A stretch of DNA of 64,000 nt from Rickettsiales bacterium. Lineage in GTDB: Bacteria > Pseudomonadota > Alphaproteobacteria > Rickettsiales > UBA998. This document shows positions 48,351-56,778 of this stretch, piece after piece. The position numbers were made by a program, and so were the translations under genes. Below the pieces are notes generated by a model. It was not told where the DNA came from and made no database searches. It saw only the letters and a list, made by a program, of their open reading frames with translations. The first letter of the stretch is position 1; every line of letters begins with the position of its first letter. The stretch is taken from assembly GCA_041749475.1 (NCBI GenBank), contig JBGTBD010000002.1:48417-112416 (forward strand). The letters run 5' to 3'.

Positions 48351-50216
48351 ATGCGAACACTTAAATATACTTTCATATCTGCCGTTGCCATTTTTTTATT
48401 TGGTGGAGCGATACACGCCGCTACCGGACCAGTACGTGATAAGGCTAAATCAGGTCTCTATCAGGCAGAGTATACTACACGGCAGACGGCAGACGGGCGC
48501 TATGAAGTCACCGCGAAGCCGGGCTTTCGCCGCATATATGTGAAATTAGGCGGCGTGCTACGCTCTCTTTATCTCAATGATTCCGGGTCTTTTCAGCTAG
48601 CCCCAGCGCATGCCTCGGCGGATTACAGAAATGCCATTGAGCGTAATCTGGGAGACCGTCTTATCGTCGCCGATGATCTATCGAAACTGAAGATTACATT
48701 TATTGGGACGGACGGCAAAAAGTATGACTTGGCTATGGGAGGCAAATATTCAAAGCCTATCCCCCGGCCCGGATCAGGCACACCGGTGCTGGTGGACAAT
48801 GTGCCTCAACCTGGGGGTATAGGATCGACCAGTAGCAGCGGGGGTGATTCCACGCCCCTATGTAAGCTTACGGGCAAATGTGGTGGCGGTCCTTCCTCAT
48901 CCAGCAGTAGCTCCTCCTCGGGAGGAATATCATCGAATTCCACGTCTTCCTCTGGCTCGTCATCGGGCTCCAGCACTCCCTTCCCGATAGAAGGCCTGTT
49001 CGCGGGTACGGTGTGGAAACAGGGCGCAGGTCCGACTATTTATGTTTCACCGTCTGGTGGTGGTAATGGTAATTCCATCAGTTCACCCACTTCGGTAAGC
49101 GCGGCCCTACAAAGAGTTGCCCCAGGCAATACCATACAATTTGCTCCCGGCATCTATCCCGGCTTTGCAATCCCGAAAAGCGGAACCGCTTCCGCACCCA
49201 TTTTCTTCAAAGCACAAAATCCGGCTGTTACGGTGAATAACGTTAGAACCGGCGCCGTATCCCTTGTGCCTGACTCACAAGCCTCCTTCATCGGGAGCAT
49301 TAGTACCGGGAAGTCCCCGCAGCATTATATCGTGGTCGATGGGTTTCGTACTAAGCACAGTGGCGGCGGCCTGATTAACATCAATAAAGGAAGTTCGCAC
49401 ATCCTCACCCGCCGGTTTCACCTCAACGAACCCTGTCTGGGAACGGCGAATAATATAAAAGGCGCCCAGTATATCGGCTTCATTGGCGGGTATCTGACTT
49501 CCATGGCATCCAGCGATAGCTGCCCTGCCTCGAGTAAGCGGAAGGGAGGCAACCGTCTCGGCTATGGAATCGTCAATTTTGGATCAGAGGAAGTTGAGAT
49601 ACGCGGCAACGTCTTTAAAGGCGCGACCAACCATTTTGATAGTACAAAAGAAGATATTTTCGGTGGCGTCTATTATATTTCCAACTATTTCGAAGGCTGC
49701 GGAAATGTGTGCCTTCATGTAGGCCAAAACACAGATTACAGTGATTATGGCGATGGTGATGCAACAAGTAAAAATGCTGTCATCAAGAATAATGTCTTTG
49801 TGCACAAGCGCTATCCGACGAAAGATTTGAGCACAGGGATCAGTCTCCAGAATTTTGAACATATCACTGTAGAGAATAATACATTCAGCGGATTTTCTAC
49901 GCCCATACGAGTAGATTACCTATCCGGCAATGAACGCTATATCAAGAAAGCGAGCCCATGGCGACTTCAGCATAAGGGGGTCACTCCTAAGGATATCCTC
50001 ATCAAGGAAAATTCTATCAACGGGGGTACCATCCTGCTTCAATCCCGTGGTACGACAGACGATATTTATACGCTCCAGAACAATACGGGGTCGGCCTCCT
50101 GCCGCCGTACTAAGATCTGGAACCCTGCGAAATATTTTCCCGATCCGTTCCCGGGTATCAATTATAACATTTTACCTAAGGTTTCTCAGAGCGGCAACTC
50201 CTTCACCTGTAATTAA
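48351..50216 (+). CDS. Secreted right-handed parallel beta-helix (pectin-lyase-fold) protein with a Ser-rich linker
   Basis: 621 aa with a Sec signal (FISAVAIFLFGGAIHAA), an N-terminal ~140-aa domain and a Ser-rich linker (PSSSSSSSSSGGISSNSTSSSGSSSGSS). The entry motif YVSPSGGGNGNSISSPTSVSAALQRVAPGNTIQFAPGIY follows, then repeated NN.F / EN..I coils (IRGNVF, IKNNVF, VENNTF, IKENSI). Confidence 0.7.
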   Translation: MRTLKYTFISAVAIFLFGGAIHAATGPVRDKAKSGLYQAEYTTRQTADGRYEVTAKPGFRRIYVKLGGVLRSLYLNDSGSFQLAPAHASADYRNAIERNLGDRLIVADDLSKLKITFIGTDGKKYDLAMGGKYSKPIPRPGSGTPVLVDNVPQPGGIGSTSSSGGDSTPLCKLTGKCGGGPSSSSSSSSSGGISSNSTSSSGSSSGSSTPFPIEGLFAGTVWKQGAGPTIYVSPSGGGNGNSISSPTSVSAALQRVAPGNTIQFAPGIYPGFAIPKSGTASAPIFFKAQNPAVTVNNVRTGAVSLVPDSQASFIGSISTGKSPQHYIVVDGFRTKHSGGGLININKGSSHILTRRFHLNEPCLGTANNIKGAQYIGFIGGYLTSMASSDSCPASSKRKGGNRLGYGIVNFGSEEVEIRGNVFKGATNHFDSTKEDIFGGVYYISNYFEGCGNVCLHVGQNTDYSDYGDGDATSKNAVIKNNVFVHKRYPTKDLSTGISLQNFEHITVENNTFSGFSTPIRVDYLSGNERYIKKASPWRLQHKGVTPKDILIKENSINGGTILLQSRGTTDDIYTLQNNTGSASCRRTKIWNPAKYFPDPFPGINYNILPKVSQSGNSFTCN

Positions 50217-50381
50217 GGCAAGGAAGCCATATGGGGTTTTTAAACGTGCGTGGGGCTGCGGTTATAATGTCGGTTATTACAGGCGTTGTTTATCGCCCGT
50301 AGCATGCATGTAACAACGGGTCATCGGCAATGGACATATAGTACGTGATGCGGGGCAGGAAGCTGGGTCACCCCCGCCATA

Positions 50382-51179
50382 CTAACTGCCCCCGCCTGAA
50401 CTGGACGACGAGCCGGTATTACTGACGGTGGATATCAATGCAGGACGGGTTTCGCTTTTCATCACGTCATCATAAAAACCCATGGTTCCAGGGGAGGTGT
50501 CGATAATCTTAGCGGCGGTGAAACGGGCGTCATTATCGCAATTGCGACCGTCCAGTTCTGATAGGTTGCAATTCGATCCCACTCCGAATTTGGTGTAGGC
50601 TCCTGATTTGTTCTTGCCGGCGCTGAACAAAACATATCCTGTAATGTCGGTCACCGTGCCGCCGGAGGTAAGGGTTCCGGTTGCATCCTCGATAGCGATC
50701 ACGCCGTCGGTCAATGCAGTGGTGAATCCGTCGAATGAGGATTTTGTGGTCGCCATTTTTTTAATGACCGCATAGGAGATGCGGTTGCCCCAGCGGTCGA
50801 ACATATAATGGTCCGGGAGCGAGAGCGCGCGGGTGGGAATCACCCCGACGCGTACCTCGTCACTCGCCGCGCCGTCGGCAGGCACGATATCCGTCGTCCC
50901 ACCTGCGGAAGGCGCATTGCAATTCGTCGCCTGACCAAACTCAGCCGTGCTGAGGGCCGTCGTGCCGCTGGCGGGGCAGGGAAGGTAGCCTCGCTTCTGG
51001 TAGAAAATCGCCAGTGCGTTCTGTATTTCCTGCATGTAATCCTGAGTGGTGGTGAGAGAAGATTTATCCCGCCGGACGGTATTGGAGGAAAGCAGGCCCG
51101 CCATGAGAATCCCCATCACCGCGAGGATGATGGATAGTTCGATCAAGGAAAAACCCGATCTTTTTTTTACGTCGTTCAT
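50382..51179 (-). CDS. Prepilin-signal protein: shared pilin-like N-domain only, ending in a short Ser-rich tail
   Basis: 265 aa beginning MNDVKKRSG|FSLIELSIILAVMGIL. By eye it is about 60-65% identical to residues 1-250 of the 1464-aa protein. It ends ...SNTGSSSSSGGGS. Confidence 0.85.
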   Translation of the reverse strand: MNDVKKRSGFSLIELSIILAVMGILMAGLLSSNTVRRDKSSLTTTQDYMQEIQNALAIFYQKRGYLPCPASGTTALSTAEFGQATNCNAPSAGGTTDIVPADGAASDEVRVGVIPTRALSLPDHYMFDRWGNRISYAVIKKMATTKSSFDGFTTALTDGVIAIEDATGTLTSGGTVTDITGYVLFSAGKNKSGAYTKFGVGSNCNLSELDGRNCDNDARFTAAKIIDTSPGTMGFYDDVMKSETRPALISTVSNTGSSSSSGGGS

Positions 51180-51180
51180 A

Positions 51181-53088
51181 TCAGTATGCGGTCACTAAAA
51201 CGGGTGCATCTATCGGGGACCCGGCAGTACCTGTGCCAACCTGGCCAAAATCGTTTCTTCCCCAGCAGTAAAGCTGGTCTTTACCTGCGCGCAAACCACA
51301 TGCGGGACCGCTGATGGTAATGGATTTCCAATCCGTATACGCTCCAGTTACTTCAGTGGGAAGCAAAATGTTTGCCGTACCACTCCCGTTACCCAGCTTT
51401 TCATTCAAATCGCTACCCCAGCAGTAGAGTTTTCCACCCGCACGAATGGCGCAGACGGATTGGTAATCCACATCCACATCCGTCCAATCCGACCAGTTTC
51501 CTGCACCTGTATCATTCTTAACCTGTACAGGCGTAACCGCGTCTGTTCCTGCCGAGTTGATGCCTAACCCTCCATCATCATTTCGTCCCCAGCACCAAAG
51601 CTGCCCCGTACTGCGCAAAGCGCACACCAAATCATCCTCGCTTTTCAATTTTTGGACATCGTGAAAATTGCCAATAGGGGACATAGTGCGTACATCGTAT
51701 TTATTATCCGTGCTACCATCCGCCAGGCCACCATACTGATTTTTCCCCCAACAATAGGCATTGTAATTACCGGATTGGTTGCGGATGCCGCAACTTAGTT
51801 TATAGCCAACAGCGGTATATACCCAGTCACTATAGCCGCCCAACACTTCCTTAGGCCGCAATTCATTTGCCCCGGGAGCGGTCGCCGTGCCCAGCTGGCC
51901 CTTATCATTAATTCCCCAGCAATAGAGATGCCCGGCGCGTATGGCGCATGTGTGGTTGGCATCCAGATCGAAGCTCGTCCATCCAGAGTTTGTGCCTCCG
52001 ATTCCAGCGGTGGAGACGGAGACGGGCCGGACTCTTTGCGTAGTGGTATTATCCCCAAGCTCACCATTCGCATTACTTCCCCAGCACCAGAGTTCATCCA
52101 TGCCGCGGATACCGCAGGTATTAAGATTATCGAGATGAATGTTCTTCCAATCAGTCCAGAATCCTGTTCCTGTGCTATCTACCACCTGTGTGTAAGTTGT
52201 TCTGTCTCCAGTCGTGCCATCTCCCAACTGACCATTCGAGTTGTTACCAATGCAATAAGCCGATCCCTTCGCGCGAATGATACAATTATTTTTCCACCCA
52301 CCATCCGCCACAACCTTAATGGAATCATCGGCTTCGGCGGTTCCGATCAGGCTGGACAATAAACGCCAGTGAAGGCGGTCGTAATAGAAATCGCCGTTAG
52401 ATGGGCTGGCGGTATCGGTGATGTCCGCATCAATGAAATTCAGATCATTGTCGCAATTCTCACTATCCTTGGTGGTTCCGCATGCCTCCGTAATCGCGCC
52501 GTTCTTCATATAGGCGCCCTTTTTATCGCCCCCATGACTGATGACGATATAGGCGACGATGCTGTCTACGGCCGCTTCTGTGATCTGGTTGTCATTGATG
52601 TCGGTGATATGGATAACCCCGTCCGTCCGAGAGGTCTGATAGGTGGTCAGGGTTGAGGTGGTCTTCCCCATGTCCTTAACGATGGCATAGGTGAATCTTC
52701 CGCCCCAGGGATCATAGGCGTAGGAATCGGGAAGCATGAGACTGCGCGTAGGCAGCATACCTATGCGTACGGTATCGCTGCCGCTTCCGACATCCACCGT
52801 CCCGGCGGGTGCGGCGGCTGTGCAAACCGAACTGCGGCCGAACGCGGCGGTGTTTTCCGCCGAGGTGCGCGAAGCGGGGCAGGGGAGTATGCTGTTTTGT
52901 TTGATGTAGCCTTTGATGGCGGCGTCGATCGTCTCCATCTGATCCTGCAGTTTTTTCAGGTTGGTGTTTTCGGTGTGCGATGCGGTCAACGCCAGTACGC
53001 TGCCGGTGATGATGCCGAGCACCGCGATGACAAGCGACATCTCGATAAGTGAAAATCCATAAGACGAACGTGAACGGCGCTGTTTCAT
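51181..53088 (-). CDS. Prepilin-signal protein: pilin-like N-domain + 7 RCC1-type blades
   Basis: 635 aa beginning MKQRRSRSSYG|FSLIEMSLVIAVLGII. It has the shared N-domain motifs and 7 C[WI]G repeats. One nt separates it from each neighbouring gene. Confidence 0.85.
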   Translation of the reverse strand: MKQRRSRSSYGFSLIEMSLVIAVLGIITGSVLALTASHTENTNLKKLQDQMETIDAAIKGYIKQNSILPCPASRTSAENTAAFGRSSVCTAAAPAGTVDVGSGSDTVRIGMLPTRSLMLPDSYAYDPWGGRFTYAIVKDMGKTTSTLTTYQTSRTDGVIHITDINDNQITEAAVDSIVAYIVISHGGDKKGAYMKNGAITEACGTTKDSENCDNDLNFIDADITDTASPSNGDFYYDRLHWRLLSSLIGTAEADDSIKVVADGGWKNNCIIRAKGSAYCIGNNSNGQLGDGTTGDRTTYTQVVDSTGTGFWTDWKNIHLDNLNTCGIRGMDELWCWGSNANGELGDNTTTQRVRPVSVSTAGIGGTNSGWTSFDLDANHTCAIRAGHLYCWGINDKGQLGTATAPGANELRPKEVLGGYSDWVYTAVGYKLSCGIRNQSGNYNAYCWGKNQYGGLADGSTDNKYDVRTMSPIGNFHDVQKLKSEDDLVCALRSTGQLWCWGRNDDGGLGINSAGTDAVTPVQVKNDTGAGNWSDWTDVDVDYQSVCAIRAGGKLYCWGSDLNEKLGNGSGTANILLPTEVTGAYTDWKSITISGPACGLRAGKDQLYCWGRNDFGQVGTGTAGSPIDAPVLVTAY

Positions 53089-53089
53089 A

Positions 53090-54988
53090 TCAGAATGTCA
53101 ATCCCGGTAAGACTTGAGGTGAAAGTACGTTTGTTGAATTGCCATGCTCGAACCAGCAATAGGCTTTGCGATCGGATTTGATGCCGCAGTGGTGCGCTAT
53201 ATCGATCCATCCTGAGCTGCCACCTACGATAAGGCCTGGGGTGTAGCGTGCGGTGGGGGCATTGTTGTCACCTAATTCTCCCTGTGTGTTGCCTCCCCAA
53301 CATTGTATGGCACCGGCATAGGTAAGACCGCAGGTGGAGTCATTATCGGGTTTTATCTTTTTCCAATCGGTGATGCTACCCGTAACGAGACTGGGCGCAA
53401 GGATGGTTCCGCCGGCGGATCCTGTGCCAATCTGGCCGGAAGCGTTTGAACCCCAGCAATAGGCGCGGTTGCCATTGCGAATACCACAAAAATGGGAATG
53501 ACCACCTCCCACATAGACCCAGTCCGCATATAGGCCGCTTACTTCGGTGGGGAGTGACTTATCCGCTGTAGTTCCATCCCCTAACTCGCCCATTCCGTTC
53601 TCTCCCCAGCAGAACAAACGGTTGTTGCGCAAGCCACATGAGCTTAACTGACCAATGGATACCATATTCCAATCGGTCCAGTTTCCCGTCCCGGCACTGT
53701 CTCTCACTTGTGTAGGGATGCGTCTGTCAGCAGCGGTATTATCCCCTACCTGTCCACTATCGTTCCTTCCCCAGCAATAGAGCGCGCCCGTACTGCGAAT
53801 TGCGCAGGCATGAAAGCCGTCGACATCGAGTTTTGCCCAATCCGTGAAATTAGGGGAAGTAATCTGGGTAGGCGTATTGACGTTGTACGTGCCACTTGCC
53901 TGATTCAACCCTAAACATCCAGGGTGACCGCCGGAAGCGCAGTTCCCGCCCCAGCAATAAAGTTTGCCGCCGCGTATGCCGCAGGTGAATTGCCAATCGG
54001 TTTTGATGATGTCCCAATCCGTATATCCACTTGCCCCTCCGACCTGTCCGCCGGGTGAGGTGGCGTATGTTCCTCCAGAAGCGCCAACACCCAACCTGCC
54101 ATTATTCGTGCTGCCGCTGCCTGCATTATCGTTTCCCCAGCAATAGGGAATGCCGTTTTGTTCGATGGCGCAGGAATAGAGATTCCCGTTATCAAGACGA
54201 TCCTCAGCGGTGAACGTGCTGTCTTCCGTTGCTGCAACTTCTCCTTCGCTTAGGACGTCTTGGGATTTCCAGCTGACGATGTCGTCGTAATAGCGGGTTG
54301 CGGTGGGGCTATCCACCACGTCACTGGCGCGGAATATGGCGTCAGTCCCATCACAATTCGCGCCGTCCTTGCTTCCGGCGCTACAGGCGATGGTGATTGT
54401 TCCTGCTTTGGAATAGGCTCCCTTTTTATCCTTTCCGTGACTGATGAGCGTATAGGCGATGATAGATTTGGTAGAGGCATCAGGAATCTGGTTGCCGTTA
54501 TAGTCCAGGATATTGATAACACCCGTGGTGGCGGTCGTTGCGTAGTTCTCGTATGAATCCGCGGTGGTGGCGAGGTCTTTGATGAGGGCGAAGGTGAAGC
54601 GGTTGCCCCAGCCGTCGTAAAAATATTCGTCCGGCAAGTTAAGTGAACGGGTGGGAACCGTGCCGATCCATATCGTATTTTCACCTGCCCCCCTTTCAAT
54701 GATGGACGCGGGGGCTGCGGCAGTACAATCCGCCGCGATTCCGAACGTGGCGCTCTCCTCGGCAGCATCCGGCGGGGCCACGCAGGGTAGATATCCGGTG
54801 CGTTCGACATATTGGGAGAGGGCGTCCTCGATGGCGTTCATGTGATAGCGGGTGGTAACGTAGCCGGAGCTTTCCAATTGTGCGTTCATGATGGCGAGGA
54901 CGCCGCCGGTCATCGTCGCTATCAGCAATAGCACGACCGACATTTCGACGAGTGTAAACCCTGCGCGCGACCCTTTAGCAAACATCAT
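53090..54988 (-). CDS. Prepilin-signal protein: pilin-like N-domain + 7 RCC1-type blades
   Basis: 632 aa beginning MMFAKGSRAG|FTLVEMSVVLLLIATM. It has the shared N-domain motifs and 7 repeats, the last one degenerate (YCWF). Confidence 0.85.
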   Translation of the reverse strand: MMFAKGSRAGFTLVEMSVVLLLIATMTGGVLAIMNAQLESSGYVTTRYHMNAIEDALSQYVERTGYLPCVAPPDAAEESATFGIAADCTAAAPASIIERGAGENTIWIGTVPTRSLNLPDEYFYDGWGNRFTFALIKDLATTADSYENYATTATTGVINILDYNGNQIPDASTKSIIAYTLISHGKDKKGAYSKAGTITIACSAGSKDGANCDGTDAIFRASDVVDSPTATRYYDDIVSWKSQDVLSEGEVAATEDSTFTAEDRLDNGNLYSCAIEQNGIPYCWGNDNAGSGSTNNGRLGVGASGGTYATSPGGQVGGASGYTDWDIIKTDWQFTCGIRGGKLYCWGGNCASGGHPGCLGLNQASGTYNVNTPTQITSPNFTDWAKLDVDGFHACAIRSTGALYCWGRNDSGQVGDNTAADRRIPTQVRDSAGTGNWTDWNMVSIGQLSSCGLRNNRLFCWGENGMGELGDGTTADKSLPTEVSGLYADWVYVGGGHSHFCGIRNGNRAYCWGSNASGQIGTGSAGGTILAPSLVTGSITDWKKIKPDNDSTCGLTYAGAIQCWGGNTQGELGDNNAPTARYTPGLIVGGSSGWIDIAHHCGIKSDRKAYCWFEHGNSTNVLSPQVLPGLTF

Positions 54989-55147
54989 GGTGCTTCCCTT
55001 TTATTAATAAATATACGCGCAAGGTATTAAATCTCCTTTAATCATGAGCAAAATATAGATTAAATTTTAGGCTTTTAGAGGGTTCGTGAAGCTGTGTACG
55101 ATTTGCGCTTTCCTTCCGCCGCATGGCATTATATGAAGGCAGTCGAT

Positions 55148-55232
55148 GCGGGTATGGCGAAATTGGCAGACGCACCAGATTTAGGTTCTGGCGCCGCAAG
55201 GCGTGGGGGTTCAAGTCCCTCTACCCGCACCA
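55148..55232 (+). tRNA. tRNA-Leu (anticodon UAG), CCA encoded
   Basis: Hand-folded. The acceptor stem pairs GCGGGTA with TACCCGC. The anticodon arm is CCAGA-TTTAGGT-TCTGG, giving TAG. The long variable arm is CGCCGCAAGGCG. The T arm is GGGGG-TTCAAGT-CCCTC. The 3' end is ACCA. Confidence 0.9.
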
Positions 55233-55345
55233 CTTCGGAAGTGGCGTACGCAAAAGCGGTCTAAATTAATGAACGGTTCTACCGTAATATTTTGATTAGG
55301 GCATTTTAATAGCTATCACTGTGTAGATGGGTATAATGCAATTGT

Positions 55346-55756
55346 ATGCTTTTTATTGCCGTTTTGCCATCCTGGCTCTTGATTGCTTTGGTTGTTTTTG
55401 CCGCCTTTAAGCTAGTCACCTCGCTTCCTAAACTTGCCTTGCAAAAGACCTATTCAGTGATGCAATCCATATTTTTTATCACTATGGCAACACTTGCGGT
55501 GTCGATTCTTGCGCTGTATTTTACGTACGAATATAGCATATCATCGCCAGCATGTTGGCTAGGACTTTACGGTCGCTATATTAGTTATGCCGCACTCGTG
55601 ATTGAGGGCTTTATTTTTCTTTATTGGTCTCTCAGGCAACCAAGCCCATTTTCTGCGATACTTTCTACACATAAGCCGTTTATTTATGCCGTTGCGATGT
55701 CAAACGCAATCGCATTGATTATCTTCTGGCGGTCTTTATTGCGCTGTACATTTTAA
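55346..55756 (+). CDS. Hypothetical small membrane protein (about 4 TM helices)
   Basis: 136 aa, hydrophobic, with AT-rich codon usage unlike the neighbouring genes. I recognise no motif. Confidence 0.45.
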   Translation: MLFIAVLPSWLLIALVVFAAFKLVTSLPKLALQKTYSVMQSIFFITMATLAVSILALYFTYEYSISSPACWLGLYGRYISYAALVIEGFIFLYWSLRQPSPFSAILSTHKPFIYAVAMSNAIALIIFWRSLLRCTF

Positions 55757-56064
55757 GCTAGTCAGTAATTCAAAATTACTCTTTGCTTATAATCCGATCG
55801 TTACCCTCAAAACCTGATTCGAAGATTTTTCGCGCTGATGCACTACTCTTTATATTTTTATTCCGGTGCATGTCGGAGACAGGGTGTGCTTATCCTTCGA
55901 CGATGAAATGCAATCTCCCAAACATTGTTTGTTCAGTGTCTAAGCTGAGTGGGCGATTTATGCCGTTGCAGTAGCCATCAGATACCCAATCAGTAACCCG
56001 ACTATTGTATTAGCAAACATTGAGTCGGCTCCTTTGCTTATAGGTGATTGTTAGGATTTGCCTA

Positions 56065-56778
56065 TCAGCTTAGCGTTTCCAATATTCGCTCCGCCACTCC
56101 CGCCGGGTCATGCGACTGGGTGATGGGGCGGCCGATGACGAGGTAGTCGGCGCCGCGCTCTATGGCTTCTTTGGGGGTCATGGTGCGTTTTTGGTCGTCT
56201 TTATTGTCCTGTGTCAGGCGAATGCCGGGGACGACGAGGAGGAAATCATTGCCGCAGGCTTCGCGTAGCATGGTGATTTCGTAGGAGGAGCAGACGACGC
56301 CGTCGAGCTGTGCAGCTTGCGCGAGTTGTGCCAGCATTTTTACCTGTGCGTTCACGGGGCGGTCATAGCCGATCATGCTGAGGTCGTCCTGATCCATGCT
56401 GGTCAACACGGTGACGCCGATAATGTGTGGGCGTTCCTGCCCCGTCGTCTCAGCGATGCGCATGGAGGCGTCGATGGCGGATTGGAGCATGGCGCGTCCG
56501 CCGGAGGTGTGCACGGTCATCATGAAACACTCAATGCCCGCCGTCGCTTCGATGGCCTTGGCGACGGTGTTGGGGATGTCGTGGAATTTCAGATCGAGGA
56601 AGATGGGAACGCCGAGTTCAGTGAGGTAATGGACACCATTTGCGCCGTTGGCGACGAAATATTCGAGGCCGAGTTTTATCATCCCGACATGCGGTTTGAT
56701 TTTTGTCACCAGCGCGAAGGCGGTGTCAGCGTCGGTCGTGTCCACCGCGCAGATGATGGGGTTATGCGTCAGGCTCAT
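56065..56778 (-). CDS. pyrF: Orotidine 5'-phosphate decarboxylase
   Basis: 237 aa with FLDLKFHDIPNTV and other OMPdecase motifs. It overlaps pyrC by 4 nt. Confidence 0.95.
   Translation of the reverse strand: MSLTHNPIICAVDTTDADTAFALVTKIKPHVGMIKLGLEYFVANGANGVHYLTELGVPIFLDLKFHDIPNTVAKAIEATAGIECFMMTVHTSGGRAMLQSAIDASMRIAETTGQERPHIIGVTVLTSMDQDDLSMIGYDRPVNAQVKMLAQLAQAAQLDGVVCSSYEITMLREACGNDFLLVVPGIRLTQDNKDDQKRTMTPKEAIERGADYLVIGRPITQSHDPAGVAERILETLS

Noticed and set aside
55148-56064. An integrated prophage or integrative island at tRNA-Leu.
   Set aside because: I could find no integrase, phage genes, or repeat of the tRNA 3' end downstream. Only an AT-rich stretch with one orphan membrane ORF is present. 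At most this is a decayed remnant.
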